Positions 28,919-40,065 are shown, counted from the first letter of the whole stretch. The stretch: 63,849 nt of DNA, filler included, from an uncultured Methanosarcinales archaeon (GCA_964434885.1; 6 parts of 6 records of this genome joined end to end with filler, not necessarily neighbours in it), one strand, 5' to 3'. A program made the numbers and translations. Notes: generated from the sequence alone by a model not told the origin.

Positions 28919-30397
28919 TTAATACCTATAATGTTTAGATTTATATGGTCCTTCTACTTTTACTCCTAGATAGGCAGATTGTTCTGGAGTCATCTTGGTT
29001 AATTTTGCCCCTAGTTGATCTAAATGTAAACGAGCCACCTCTTCATCTAATTCTTTAGGTAGCATATAAACTCCAACTTCGTAATCTTTTTTCCAGAGAT
29101 CTAATTGGGCTAAAACTTGGTTAGTAAAAGAATTACTCATTACAAAACTAGGGTGGCCAGTAGCACAACCTAAATTGATTAATCTTCCTTCAGCTAATAA
29201 AAAGATGGAATGGCCATCTGGGAAGGTATATCTATGTACAGGGCATTCACTACCTTTGATTTCTTCTTTAACAATTCCTGGCCAGTTTTCTAATTCAGCT
29301 ACTTGAATTTCATTATCAAAATGGCCGATGTTACAAACAATGGCTTGGTCTTTCATTTTGCTCATGTGTTCAGCAGTAATAATATCTTTGTTTCCAGTAG
29401 TAGTTACATAGATGTCTGCTTTTGGTAAAGCATCTTCAATAGTAGTTACTTTGAATCCAGCCATACAGGCTTGTAAAGCACAAATAGGGTCTATTTCAGA
29501 AACTAATACTCTGGCTTTTTCATTGGCTAATGATTCAGCACTACCTTTACCAACATCTCCATAACCACAAACCATGGCTACTTTTCCAGACATTAAAACA
29601 TCCATTGCTCTTTTGATTCCATCAACTAAAGAATGACGGCAACCATAAACATTATCAAATTTAGATTTAGTAACTGAATCATTAACATTAATAGCAGGAA
29701 ATAAAAGTTGATTTTTTTCCATCATTTGATATAAGCGATGAACCCCCGTAGTAGTTTCTTCAGAAACACCTTTAACTTCTTGAGCTACTTTAGTCCATTT
29801 ATTTTGGTTTTGTTGGTAAGTTTCTTTTAATGAGAGAATGAGTTCTTTGAAGTCTTCTCCTTCTTGAGAATAATCTTTTTCTAAGATAGAGGGGTCTTTT
29901 TCAGCTTCTACTCCTTTGTGAATCATCATGGTGGCATCTCCACCATCATCAACAATTAAATTTGGTCCTTGGCCGTTGAAATCTAAAGCTTTCTTGGTGC
30001 ACCACCAATATTCTTTTAGGGTTTCACCTTTCCAAGCAAAAACAGGAATTCCTGCTTTGGCAATTGCAGCTGCCGCATGATCTTGAGTTGAGAAAATATT
30101 ACAAGAAGCCCATCTTACTTCTGCCCCCAATTTAGCTAGAGTTTCAATCAATACTGCCGTTTGAATAGTCATATGTAAGGAACCCATAATCCTGGCTCCT
30201 TGTAATGGTTTTTGATCTTGGTATTTTTTTCTAACAGCCATTAAACCCGGCATTTCTTTTTCAGCAATTTCGATTTCTTTTCTACCGAAATCTGCTAAGT
30301 TGATATCTTTGACTTTGTAATCGGTGTTTGGTTGATTGGTTTGATTTAATTCGGAATTATTTCCTTCAGTATTTTGATTTCCTTCATAATTTTCCAT
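28919..30397 (-). CDS. ahcY: Adenosylhomocysteinase
   Basis: [44 protein letters not shown]. Confidence 0.97.
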   Translation of the reverse strand: MENYEGNQNTEGNNSELNQTNQPNTDYKVKDINLADFGRKEIEIAEKEMPGLMAVRKKYQDQKPLQGARIMGSLHMTIQTAVLIETLAKLGAEVRWASCNIFSTQDHAAAAIAKAGIPVFAWKGETLKEYWWCTKKALDFNGQGPNLIVDDGGDATMMIHKGVEAEKDPSILEKDYSQEGEDFKELILSLKETYQQNQNKWTKVAQEVKGVSEETTTGVHRLYQMMEKNQLLFPAINVNDSVTKSKFDNVYGCRHSLVDGIKRAMDVLMSGKVAMVCGYGDVGKGSAESLANEKARVLVSEIDPICALQACMAGFKVTTIEDALPKADIYVTTTGNKDIITAEHMSKMKDQAIVCNIGHFDNEIQVAELENWPGIVKEEIKGSECPVHRYTFPDGHSIFLLAEGRLINLGCATGHPSFVMSNSFTNQVLAQLDLWKKDYEVGVYMLPKELDEEVARLHLDQLGAKLTKMTPEQSAYLGVKVEGPYKSKHYRY

Positions 30398-30469
30398 TTT
30401 ATTTTCCTCTAATTTGTTTTTTAGAAGTTTTTTCTTAACATATTTAAATAAATTGTGGAGTAAATAAAA

Positions 30470-31777
30470 CTATTCTCCTTCAAATTCAATTAGACTAAAA
30501 ACATTTAGGCCTTGGTTTTGTAGTTTGGTTCTACCACCGACTTCTGGAAGATCAATAATGACTGCAGCTTCATGGATATGGCCACCTAATTTTTGAACTA
30601 GTTGACAGGCAGCAGAAAGAGTTCCTCCAGTAGCTAATAAATCGTCAAGAACTAAAACTCTGTCTGTAGGGGCGATGGAATCTTGGTGCATTTCAATTTT
30701 ATCTGTTCCATATTCTAGTTGGTATTCTTGGGAGACTACTTCGGGGGGAAGTTTGCCTTTTTTTCTGATTAAAACCAAAGGGAGATTTAATTCTTGAGCT
30801 AAGATTCCACCGAAGATAAAACCTCTTGAGTCGATGGCAGCAATTTTAGTAATGTTTTGATCTTGGTATCTTTCTTTTAATTTTTTAGTAGCGTGTTTGA
30901 AAGCTTGAGGATTTCTTAGTAAGGTTGAAACATCTCTAAACATAATTCCTGGTTTTGGCCAATTAGGTGTAGTTTTGATACTAGCTTTTAGATCAATTTC
31001 TTCTTCCTCTTCTTCCAGTGGTTTGTTTTGGTTAATTTTAGGGATTGTAGTAGATAATAAATTGGTTACTTTTTCGACATTGGCAGTAAAAACTTTAAGA
31101 ACTTCTTCCCAAGAAACAGGAGTTTCATCTTCTTTCCAACAATCATAATCAGTTGACATAGCAATAGCAGCATAAGGGATTTTTGCCTCATTAGCTAAAG
31201 CTGCCTCTGGAGCAATAGACATGTTAATAACATCTGCTCCCCAAGAACGAAACATGTGCGATTCTGCTTTAGTTGAGAAACGTGGACCTTCAATAGTTAC
31301 TACTGTGCCTTTTTCATGGTGTTTGAGATTTAGTTCTTGACAAGTTTTGATTAGTAATTGATTTAGTTCTGTATCAAATGGTTCAGCCATGGGGGTGTGA
31401 ATTGGTTTATGGGGTTCAAAATTTTCAGTGAAAGATAATTTTCTTAATCTGGTAAAATCAATAAATTGGTCGAGAATTACTAAATCTCCTCTGTTGATAT
31501 TTTCTCTTAAAGAACCTACTGCAGTGGTTGCAAGAATATGGGTGCAGCCTTGAGCTTTGAGGGCATGAATGTTTGCTCTGAAGTTTACTTGAGTGGGAGG
31601 AACAGTATGTGCTCTTCCGTGTCTAGCAATGATAATTACGTCAATGTTGTTGATTTTCCCAATTTTTAATGGAGAAGAAGGATCTCCGTAGGGAGTATCT
31701 ACTTCTAAGTCTTGTGCTTCTTTTAATATTTCTGGATTATCTAGTCCTGATCCGCCGATGATTCCGATTTTTGTCAT
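30470..31777 (-). CDS. mtnP-apt: Methylthioadenosine phosphorylase - adenine phosphoribosyltransferase fusion
   Basis: N-terminal IGIIGGSG, RHG, EGPRFST.AES, STDYD; poly-E linker; C-terminal PKPGIMFRD, SRGF, RKKGKLP, LEYG, DDLLATGGT. Confidence 0.92.
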   Translation of the reverse strand: MTKIGIIGGSGLDNPEILKEAQDLEVDTPYGDPSSPLKIGKINNIDVIIIARHGRAHTVPPTQVNFRANIHALKAQGCTHILATTAVGSLRENINRGDLVILDQFIDFTRLRKLSFTENFEPHKPIHTPMAEPFDTELNQLLIKTCQELNLKHHEKGTVVTIEGPRFSTKAESHMFRSWGADVINMSIAPEAALANEAKIPYAAIAMSTDYDCWKEDETPVSWEEVLKVFTANVEKVTNLLSTTIPKINQNKPLEEEEEEIDLKASIKTTPNWPKPGIMFRDVSTLLRNPQAFKHATKKLKERYQDQNITKIAAIDSRGFIFGGILAQELNLPLVLIRKKGKLPPEVVSQEYQLEYGTDKIEMHQDSIAPTDRVLVLDDLLATGGTLSAACQLVQKLGGHIHEAAVIIDLPEVGGRTKLQNQGLNVFSLIEFEGE

Positions 31778-31872
31778 TTTGATTTGTTTAATTGAGTAAG
31801 GTATAAAAGATTTGTTGTATTGGATTCTATTTAATAGGAAATATTATAAATCTAAACATTTTCTTGTTAGCT

Positions 31873-33147
31873 ATGGCAGAGGTTGGAGATAAAGTAAAGA
31901 TTGTAACGAAGAAAAGAAGTGAAGAAGGTATTTTGATGCCTAGTCATGAGAAAGGAGTTGTGATTTTGAAGTTGAGTAATGGATATAATATTGGTTTTGA
32001 GAAGAAAGAGATTTCTGAAATCAAATTAATTAAAAAGAAAAAAGAAGTTTCTGTGAAAACTAAAAAGGTTGTTGGAAAGAAAAGTTTGCCAACAATTGCA
32101 ATATTAAATTGTGGGGGAACAATTGCTTCTAAAGTTGATTATGAAACTGGTGGAGTAGTAGCTAAGTTTTCGGCAGAAGATTTGATGGAAATGTTTCCGG
32201 AAATTAGAAAGATTGCTAATATTGAAGCAGTAACGGTAGCACAAATGATGTCGGAAGATATGGGTTTTGCTGATTATCAAAAAATTGCGGTGGCGATTAA
32301 GAGATTGGATCGAGTGGATGGAGTTATTGTGGCTCAAGGGACAGACACTTTAGGATATACAGCTGCAGCTTTATCTTTTGTTTTGGAAAAAGTAAATGTT
32401 CCTGTTTTGTTGGTTGGTTCTCAAAGATCGACTGACAGGGGTAGTTCGGATGCATTTCAAAATTTAATTTGTGCCGCGCAATTTATTGTTAAAACTGATT
32501 TTGCTGGAGTAGGAGTGTGTATGCATTCTGCAAGTGGAGATGGGAAATGTGCAATTTTACCTGGAACTAAAACAAGAAAAATGCATACTACTCGAAGAGA
32601 TGCGTTTAAGGCAGTTAATGGTTCGCCAATTGCTTTAGTTGATTTGAAATCCGGGAAAGTTGATTATTTAGCAAAAAAATATTCTAAGAGAAATGAAGAA
32701 GGAATTTTAGTTAAGGATAAATTTTCAGATAAAGTTGGGTTGTTGAAAACACATACCAACATGAATCCAAAGTTGTTTGAATTTTATGCTAATAATTACA
32801 AAGGGATTATTATTGAAGGGACTGGTTTAGGTCATGCTCCAACTAATTTAGGAAAAGATAATTTAAAAAATTATGAAATCTTGAAGAAATTTATTGCTAA
32901 AGGAGGAGTAGTGGGAATTACTTCTCAGTGTTTGTTTGGAGCAGTTAATCCTAATGTTTATTCTAATCTTCGTCGGTTATCCGAGATAGGATGTGTTTTT
33001 TGTGAAGATATGATTCCGGAAACAGCGTTTGTTAAGTTGGCTTGGTTGTTGGGAAATTATCCTGAGGAAGCTAAAGATTTGTTAGGGAAGAATTTGCGTG
33101 GAGAGATTAGTAAAAGATTAGTTTATGAAAAAGATTATTTAAAATGA
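31873..33147 (+). CDS. gatD: Glu-tRNA(Gln) amidotransferase subunit D
   Basis: KLSNGYNIG, GGTIASKVDY.TG, GTDT, SQRS.DRGSSD, KMHT.RRDAF. Confidence 0.95.
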   Translation: MAEVGDKVKIVTKKRSEEGILMPSHEKGVVILKLSNGYNIGFEKKEISEIKLIKKKKEVSVKTKKVVGKKSLPTIAILNCGGTIASKVDYETGGVVAKFSAEDLMEMFPEIRKIANIEAVTVAQMMSEDMGFADYQKIAVAIKRLDRVDGVIVAQGTDTLGYTAAALSFVLEKVNVPVLLVGSQRSTDRGSSDAFQNLICAAQFIVKTDFAGVGVCMHSASGDGKCAILPGTKTRKMHTTRRDAFKAVNGSPIALVDLKSGKVDYLAKKYSKRNEEGILVKDKFSDKVGLLKTHTNMNPKLFEFYANNYKGIIIEGTGLGHAPTNLGKDNLKNYEILKKFIAKGGVVGITSQCLFGAVNPNVYSNLRRLSEIGCVFCEDMIPETAFVKLAWLLGNYPEEAKDLLGKNLRGEISKRLVYEKDYLK

Positions 33148-33401
33148 AACTTGCTAGTTTATTATTAATTGTGGTGTTTTTGTTTTTGGTAGCTTGTGTA
33201 CCGGTAGAGAAGAAATGTTCAGTTGATAGTGATTGTGTGAAAAAGACTTGTTGTCATGCAAGAGAGGCAGTGAATAAGAAATATGGTCCAAATTGTGCAA
33301 ATAGATTATGTACAATGGAATGTGTTGCTGGGACAATTGATTGCGGACAAGGCAAGATTCAATGTGTTAGTGGTGAGTGTAAGGCTGTTTTGAAGAGTTA
33401 A
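33144..33401 (+). CDS. Small Cys-rich lipoprotein
   Basis: LVAC lipobox-like signal; C..DSDC....CC...C...C...C pattern. Confidence 0.7.
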   Translation: MKLASLLLIVVFLFLVACVPVEKKCSVDSDCVKKTCCHAREAVNKKYGPNCANRLCTMECVAGTIDCGQGKIQCVSGECKAVLKS

Positions 33402-33432
33402 CTTTTTATTGTTATTAATATTTTGAAGATAA

Positions 33433-33618
33433 ATGTATCCAGTATATTATGGAATTATGAAAGAGGAAGGTTTAGTAGGTAAGCTTAAGGAACAAGTGAT
33501 TGGTGGTTTGACTGCTTTGACTATGAAAGGAGTTTATTGGTTAGCAGACAAAGATTGTCCAGAAGTAGTAAGTAAAACTTATCGTAAGTTTGAAGATACT
33601 TATTTTGGTTTTAAATAA
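33433..33618 (+). CDS. Small hypothetical protein
   Basis: 61-aa ORF filling the gap between neighbours. Confidence 0.35.
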   Translation: MYPVYYGIMKEEGLVGKLKEQVIGGLTALTMKGVYWLADKDCPEVVSKTYRKFEDTYFGFK

Positions 33619-34044
33619 TTATAGTATGTTGTTGCCAATTGGTTGATAGATGATTTGTCTAGTGGCATCCATGGTTTGGTGGAAGTATTCGACTTTGGCT
33701 TCTTGTTGAGTGAAAGAGAAAATTCGATGATGTGGTCCGAGAACATCCATTTTTATTTTAGTGTATTTTGAATCTAATAAATTCATTAAGATATCTTCAA
33801 CAAATTCTTCAGATTTATTAACCATTCCACCAACAACATAACACTGGCTATCTCTGGGAGTAACTTGGGTGAACCATTTAAAGAAATCTGTTAATTGCGT
33901 TAATTGAGTTAAATGGGCAAAAGGAGCATGGTTTTTGTGATGGCTAGCTATTGCTACACAGGACTCTAGGTAGTTTGTTCTACCAATGGCTTGATTTATG
34001 TCAATTACTCCTTTACTGTTTTCAGGAAAAGTTATGATACTCAT
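33619..34044 (-). CDS. CheD-like deamidase fold protein
   Basis: LESCVAI...AH (compare CheD LGSCVA...AH), VVGG, DVLG..HR. Confidence 0.5.
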   Translation of the reverse strand: MSIITFPENSKGVIDINQAIGRTNYLESCVAIASHHKNHAPFAHLTQLTQLTDFFKWFTQVTPRDSQCYVVGGMVNKSEEFVEDILMNLLDSKYTKIKMDVLGPHHRIFSFTQQEAKVEYFHQTMDATRQIIYQPIGNNIL

Positions 34045-34156
34045 GTATGGTTTTTAGAATGTTTTTTTATAAAGTTTTCTATTTTTTACTATTATTTGGT
34101 AGTTATATATCTGAGATAATAAGATTTTTAAAGAGAAGAAGATAATGTTTTTTTAT

Positions 34157-34301
34157 GCGGGGGTGTCGGAGTGGTCAACTGAAATCAGATTTTTTTGATT
34201 TCAGACCTAACGAGCTAGGTTGAGGAGAATTAGAGTTTAACTCTTTTTTACAAACGCCTAGTGCCTTAGTGGCTGCGCGAGTTCGAACCTCGTCCCTCGC
34301 A
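34157..34301 (+). tRNA. tRNA-Leu(GAG) with two introns (34179-34209 at 21/22; 34226-34255 at 37/38)
   Basis: Acceptor GCGGGGG/CCCTCGC, discriminator A, anticodon stem CTAGG/CCTAG with TT-GAG-G, long variable arm, TTCGAAC T-loop; BHB-type motifs at both introns. Confidence 0.9.
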
Positions 34302-34342
34302 TTTAAGATACCTTTTTAAACCAAACTAAATTAGTAACAAAA

Positions 34343-35146
34343 ATGACAACTGATTGGGAGATTGTTAAGACTGGAAAAGAAGTTAAATTAAAAAATCCTG
34401 TTTTTATAGAAGGTTTACCAGGTATTGGAAATGTAGGTAAGATTGCAGTTGATTTTCTGATCGAAGAGTTGAAAGCAAAGAAATTGTTTTCTTTTTTTTC
34501 ATATAAATTTCCTCATTCTGTTTTTGTTAATGAAGACAATATGGTAGAGATGCCAAAGATTGAAGTTTATTATAAAAAATTTAAAAATAAAGATAAAAGA
34601 GATTTACTATTATTGACTGGAGATATTCAACCAATTGACGAAGAAAGCTGCTATAGTTTTTGTGATGAAGTTTTGAAATTGATTAAGAAATTTGGTGGTG
34701 CAGAAGTAGTTACTACTGGAGGAATTGGTTTACAACAAGTTCCAGAAAAACCACGAGTATATTGTACAGGTAATGATGAAGAATTGATGCAGAAATATAT
34801 CAAAAAAGGAATTTTAGTAGAAAGAGATATTTTTGGGGTAGTGGGACCAATTATTGGTGCTTCTGGATTGTTAGTGGGCCTTGGTAAAAAAAGAGGAGTT
34901 AAAGGGGTTGCTTTGTTAGCAGAAACGTTTGGTCATCCGATGTATTTAGGAATTAAAGGAGCCAAAGAATTGTTAAAAGTCTTAGATGATCGTTTTAATT
35001 TGGGAATGGATTTGAAAAAATTAAGTAAAGAAATTGTCAAATTAGAGAAAGAAGTGATGAAAAGAACTAAAGAATGGGCGGAAGTAAGTAAGAAGAAAAC
35101 TGCTGGTGCTCATGGTCGAAATAAAGAAGCTAGTTATATTGGATGA
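34343..35146 (+). CDS. PAC2-family proteasome assembly chaperone
   Basis: IEGLPGIGNVGKIA, GDIQP, I.GASGLL, LLAET. Confidence 0.9.
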   Translation: MTTDWEIVKTGKEVKLKNPVFIEGLPGIGNVGKIAVDFLIEELKAKKLFSFFSYKFPHSVFVNEDNMVEMPKIEVYYKKFKNKDKRDLLLLTGDIQPIDEESCYSFCDEVLKLIKKFGGAEVVTTGGIGLQQVPEKPRVYCTGNDEELMQKYIKKGILVERDIFGVVGPIIGASGLLVGLGKKRGVKGVALLAETFGHPMYLGIKGAKELLKVLDDRFNLGMDLKKLSKEIVKLEKEVMKRTKEWAEVSKKKTAGAHGRNKEASYIG

Positions 35147-35220
35147 TTTTTTTTAAATTCTTATTTTTTAGACGAGAGTGAATAAAAACATTTATAAATG
35201 AAAAGGGAATGGTTTAGACT

Positions 35221-36627
35221 ATGTTGAAAAAGAGGTTAAGTGTAGATAGATGTAGGTGTAATTCTAATTATTTTAAGAGTAGAAAAGGACAAATTACGAT
35301 TTATATTATATTGGGAATATTGATTCTTTTTGCAGCCATTTTAGTTATTTTGATGCAAAGAGAAATTGTGGTTTTTAAACCAGGAGAACTAATTCCCACT
35401 AAAAAAGGACAGGTGGAGAATTTTTTAACAAGTTGTATTAAAGAAAAAGGAGAAGAAGCTATTTTTTTGATTGGTTTACAAGGTGGTTATCTTAATGTTT
35501 CTAATCAGATTCAAAAAGATGCTTCTCAACATTTGAAATTATCTCCATTTACTTTTGTGCCTTATTGGGCTAAAGGAGAATCAACTAGGATTCCACCTTT
35601 GAAAGATATTAAGAAAAGAATTGATACCTATATTGAATCAGAATTGAGAGATTGTTTAATTCTTAATCAACAATTCAATAAAACATATGACATAATTGAG
35701 AAAAGCAGTATAGTTTCTAATACTGAGATTGTGGATAAAAAAGTTATTTTTAATGTACGTTGGGAATTGGATGTTAAGGATAAAGCTGGAGAGGTCATTT
35801 CTCAATTACTAGATCATGTGGCAGAATCAAATATAAAATTAAAAAGAGCTTATGAAACTGCAGTATCAATAATAAAAACAGAGATGAATCAATTGATGTT
35901 TGAAGATTTAACTATTGATTTGTTGTCAGTAGGTCATCCTAAAGTTCCAATCACAGGGGTAGAATTAAGTTGTTCTCGGAAGAAGTGGTCAGTTAGCGAA
36001 ACGAGAAAAACTTTTCAAGATATGTTGAGAGTAAACATTGCCCAATTAAAAGTTAAAGGAACAAATTATGTAGATTTTCCAAAAACTCAACCTTATTTTC
36101 AAAATCATTATGTGTGGGATACTGGGGTAAAATACAAAGATGTTGATGTTGCATTTTCATTTAGTAATAATTTTCCTTTTTATTTTGAAGTTACTCCTCA
36201 AGAAGGAGGGGTAATGAAAAGTGGAATGACTGCTGGTTCAGAGATGATTTCTTATGTTTGTTTACAATTGTGGAAATTTACTTATGATGTTAATTATCCT
36301 GTTTTAGTGCAAGTTAAAGATGATAAATCAAAATTTGTTTTTAATTTGGCGTTAACAGTTCATGTTAAGAGAAATAGAGGAAATAGAAAAAGTCAAGGAG
36401 TTTTAACTCCGTCTGGAGTATCTATCGAATACGCTACTGCTGATGATTACTGTAATAAAAGGAAAATTCCAATCACAGTTAATACTTATGAGTTAATCGA
36501 AAATAATGAAACTGGAGTTTACTGGAGAGAGCCGTTATCTGGAGTTAATTTGACTTATACTTGTTTGAAATACAAATGTGATATTGGAGAAACAAATTAT
36601 AATTTTGCACAAAAAGGTCATGTGGCA
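35221..36627 (+). CDS. Surface protein with class III signal peptide, 3'-truncated (paralogue of 9468..11924)
   Basis: RKG|QITIYIILG; shares C.......LIG.QGG with the 9468 protein. Confidence 0.7.
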
Positions 36628-36727
36628 NNNNNNNNNNNNNNNNNNNNNNNNNNNNNNNNNNNNNNNNNNNNTTAATTAATTAANNNNNNNNNNNNNNNNN
36701 NNNNNNNNNNNNNNNNNNNNNNNNNNN
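36628..36727. other. Artificial contig linker
   Basis: N44-TTAATTAATTAA-N44. Confidence 0.97.
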
Positions 36728-36729
36728 GC

Positions 36730-37431
36730 TGTAATTTTATAATAGGGGATCAAAAAATAATTGGCGAATTTCAACTACATGTTCATACTTATAAAACCAT
36801 TGCCGTCTTAGCTAATTTAGATAAAGAAGAAATTGAAAAAAATATAGTATGTACTCCTTCCAAGGCACTAGATGCTGGTTCATATGTGTTAAATTATTCT
36901 GTCCAAATCGAAAACTTACAATCAAAATCTCGGTTAACTCGAGCATTTATTGGAGCTAAAACTGGGAAAGAAAGAAAGGATTTAATCACTAAATTAAAAA
37001 GCAGTTACCCAAATCTAAAACCTGGTTCTCAATCTGCCCAAGATCCTGTACGTATCAACTTCGCTCTAGGTGAACCTCCTAACGACCCAATCATTGAAAA
37101 AGATGATTATCTTTTACTTAGAGCCGATATTCAGAAAACTTCTCTCGGAGATATTCAAAAAATAAGAAAATATCAAGTTGATCTTAACCCCATTTCCAAA
37201 CAAAATTGTTTTGAAGAAACTACTCTTAATAAATTAAGTACTTTAATTCCCAAACCAGGTCAATTTTTTGGCAACACCATTCCTTTAGTTTCTTGTTTTA
37301 TCAAAAGTGGATCAATTCCCTTAACTCTTAACGACCCAAAAGATTTTGTCATCAAAGAATTTGAAGCCAGTATCGTCTATGACTATCAAATTGAAAAGAA
37401 AGATACTATTAAAATTGAATTAATAAAATGA
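36730..37431 (+). CDS. Hypothetical surface protein, 5'-truncated
   Basis: Frame open from the contig start; C-terminal YDY.IEK...I.I resembles the downstream lipoproteins. Confidence 0.55.
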   Translation, partial: CNFIIGDQKIIGEFQLHVHTYKTIAVLANLDKEEIEKNIVCTPSKALDAGSYVLNYSVQIENLQSKSRLTRAFIGAKTGKERKDLITKLKSSYPNLKPGSQSAQDPVRINFALGEPPNDPIIEKDDYLLLRADIQKTSLGDIQKIRKYQVDLNPISKQNCFEETTLNKLSTLIPKPGQFFGNTIPLVSCFIKSGSIPLTLNDPKDFVIKEFEASIVYDYQIEKKDTIKIELIK

Positions 37432-38324
37432 AATCAAAATTTAGAAAAATAGCCATCTGTATCTCAATAATTTTAGCTTTATTACTTTCTAGTTGTGGAA
37501 GCCAAAATTCATCTAATCTATTAACTAAAAATTATAAAACTGGATATAATGGGTTAACAATTACTACTTTAGAAAATTATCCTCCCACCACAGTTTATCC
37601 TTCTTCTAATTTTGGAATGGTAATTAAATTAGATAATCAAGGTGCCTACCAACTATCTAATGGAAAAGTAGAAATTGTTGGTTTTGATAATAAATATATG
37701 ATTTTAGATCAGTATCTTCAAGAAATTAGGTCTTTATCTGGAAACAATTATCTAGAAGGGAAAAGCCACACTAATCCGAAAGGAGAATTTAGTTATTTAG
37801 AATTTAAAGCCACTTCCAAAAAACTCTTTAATGGTTCTCAAATGTATCATGCTCCTTATTTTATCAAAGCAGAATATGATTATCAAAATGAATTAACCCA
37901 TACAGTTTGTATCAATCCAAATTTGTACGCAGTCAATGATGCAGGTTGTAAAGTAACTTTCCAAAAATCATTCAGTGGTCAAGGTTCACCTGTGGCAATT
38001 ACAGATATGGAAGAAGTTATTCATCCTGGTTCTATCCCTCAAGCTGAATTCAGATTCAAAATAAAAAATAATGGACGTGGAAAAGTAAAAAAAATAAATT
38101 TAAAAACAGCCAAATTAGGCAAGGATAATTTAATTTGTGAATTTAGAAATAATCCTGGAAAAAATAAAAAAGAAATAACTTTTAAAAATAAACAGGAAAC
38201 AACTTTAATCTGCAAAAAAGCAATTAGTTCTGGTAAATCTTATTATACTACATTATACATCGATTTTAGTTTCCATTACAATTTAGAAGAACAAAAAAGA
38301 ATTATGATTAAGGATGAACCATAA
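37428..38324 (+). CDS. Ig-like lipoprotein (paralogue 1)
   Basis: LLSSC lipobox; G..GL.I....NYPP, N.GAY, VCI...Y, SGQGSPV. Confidence 0.7.
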   Translation: MKSKFRKIAICISIILALLLSSCGSQNSSNLLTKNYKTGYNGLTITTLENYPPTTVYPSSNFGMVIKLDNQGAYQLSNGKVEIVGFDNKYMILDQYLQEIRSLSGNNYLEGKSHTNPKGEFSYLEFKATSKKLFNGSQMYHAPYFIKAEYDYQNELTHTVCINPNLYAVNDAGCKVTFQKSFSGQGSPVAITDMEEVIHPGSIPQAEFRFKIKNNGRGKVKKINLKTAKLGKDNLICEFRNNPGKNKKEITFKNKQETTLICKKAISSGKSYYTTLYIDFSFHYNLEEQKRIMIKDEP

Positions 38325-38366
38325 CCAAAAAACTTATAAGAGTCAAAAAAAGCACTATAATTTAAG

Positions 38367-39311
38367 ATGAAAAAAGTAGTTTTAGGAGTATTATTAATCT
38401 CTTTATTATTTATTAGTTCTTGTGCTTTCAAACCAGCTGCTGGTGAAAAACCATTAGACACAATTTCTGCTTTGAGACAAGTTCAATCTGGGACGCAAGG
38501 AGTAGATATAAAATTTGTTAATAATTATCCACCCACCACTTTATATGATACTACCGACTTAACCATTCTAGCTGAAGTTTGGAACAAAGGAGCTTACGAT
38601 CTAAAAAGAGGAGATTGTTTTGTTCACTTATTAGGTTATGACAAAAATATTATTAGGAATATTCAAACATTTCGTGCTTGTAATTCTGCCGGAACTTTAG
38701 AAGGTAAAAAAGTTTACAACCTTAAAGGTAGTTCTAATCAAATCGAATTTAGTTCAAAAAATTTAAAATTACCCTATAAAGTAAACGAATACAGTCCAAA
38801 TTTAAACTTAGTTACTTGTTATAAATACCACACTGTAGCTAATCCATTAGTTTGTGTTGAAAACTCTTTATATCAAACCAGTTCACAACAAAAATCTTGT
38901 ATTGTTAAAGATGTGAGAATGAGTGGACAAGGAGGTCCTGTAGGTGTAAGTTATGTTGATGTAGAAATGGCTGGAGATAAAGCAATTTTCGCTATCACCA
39001 TCAAAAATTACAATAGTGCTGGTCGAATTATTAGTCCAGCAACTAGTTTGTCCTATTGTCCAACTAATTTAAAATATACAGATTTCGACCAAGTGTATTA
39101 TAATGTTGTTTTAAGTGGAGGGAGTAAAATAGATTGTAAACCCAACAACAATTATGTAAGATTAAATAATAACGTCGGTAAAATTATTTGTTCTTTCCGA
39201 ATCGGAAACACTCAAGCTTATGAAACTCCGTTAATGATTGATTTAGATTATAATTATATGCAAGGTTTAAGAAAACCAATAAAAATCATTGCTACTCCTG
39301 GATATTCTTAA
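38367..39311 (+). CDS. Ig-like lipoprotein (paralogue 2)
   Basis: FISSC lipobox; GTQGV...NYPP, NKGAY, VCV, SGQGGPV. Confidence 0.7.
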   Translation: MKKVVLGVLLISLLFISSCAFKPAAGEKPLDTISALRQVQSGTQGVDIKFVNNYPPTTLYDTTDLTILAEVWNKGAYDLKRGDCFVHLLGYDKNIIRNIQTFRACNSAGTLEGKKVYNLKGSSNQIEFSSKNLKLPYKVNEYSPNLNLVTCYKYHTVANPLVCVENSLYQTSSQQKSCIVKDVRMSGQGGPVGVSYVDVEMAGDKAIFAITIKNYNSAGRIISPATSLSYCPTNLKYTDFDQVYYNVVLSGGSKIDCKPNNNYVRLNNNVGKIICSFRIGNTQAYETPLMIDLDYNYMQGLRKPIKIIATPGYS

Positions 39312-40065
39312 TTAAAGGACTTACAAAAAGACTATTTTCATTAAAATGACCATAATTTTTATTTTCTCTATTATAAGAACCATATAAAAAATGTAATTTC
39401 AAACCATTATTCTTTATCACCAACTCAATCTCTTCTCGTGTAAAAAAACGATTCGTGGCTGTAGCTACAATCTTCTTAACTTCTTCACCTTTTTCTTTAA
39501 TCAAATAAACATATGCTACATCCACTAAATTCTTTATTTCGGTCTCTTCAAAAAATCTAACTCTTGCTACATCTAAATTTTTCCCACTATGTTTTTGTGT
39601 TTTCAATTTTTCCGATTCGAATAAATTCAAAGTACCAGTTTCCAAAAAAGCTATCCCTTCAGGATTTAAACTCTTCTTAACACAACTCATCACTTTTCCC
39701 AAATCCTCAACATCTTTACAAGCAAAAGTTAAAACAGAAAATAAAGAAATAACTGCATCGAATTTACCAAAATAAAAATTTTTAATATCTGCTTTATGAA
39801 AATTTATCTGAACTTCTTCCTTTTCAGCTTTTTTCCGAGCTAAATCAACTTGATTAACATTATAATCAAAAGCTGTAACGTGATAACCTCTTTTTGCTAA
39901 CATAATTGCATGGGTTCCTGTTCCACACCCACAATCCAAAATAGTCTTTACTCCTTCTTTTTTAAACATCTCATCCAAATAATCAACCTGAGATGAAAAA
40001 TCTCTATTTGCCCCAATTAAATAATCATAATTCGCCCTATACAATTCATTTAATTTTATATTCAT
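39292..40065 (-). CDS. Class I SAM-dependent methyltransferase
   Basis: ILDCGCGTG.H, FDAVIS, LNPEG. Confidence 0.88.
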   Translation of the reverse strand: MNIKLNELYRANYDYLIGANRDFSSQVDYLDEMFKKEGVKTILDCGCGTGTHAIMLAKRGYHVTAFDYNVNQVDLARKKAEKEEVQINFHKADIKNFYFGKFDAVISLFSVLTFACKDVEDLGKVMSCVKKSLNPEGIAFLETGTLNLFESEKLKTQKHSGKNLDVARVRFFEETEIKNLVDVAYVYLIKEKGEEVKKIVATATNRFFTREEIELVIKNNGLKLHFLYGSYNRENKNYGHFNENSLFVSPLIKNIQE

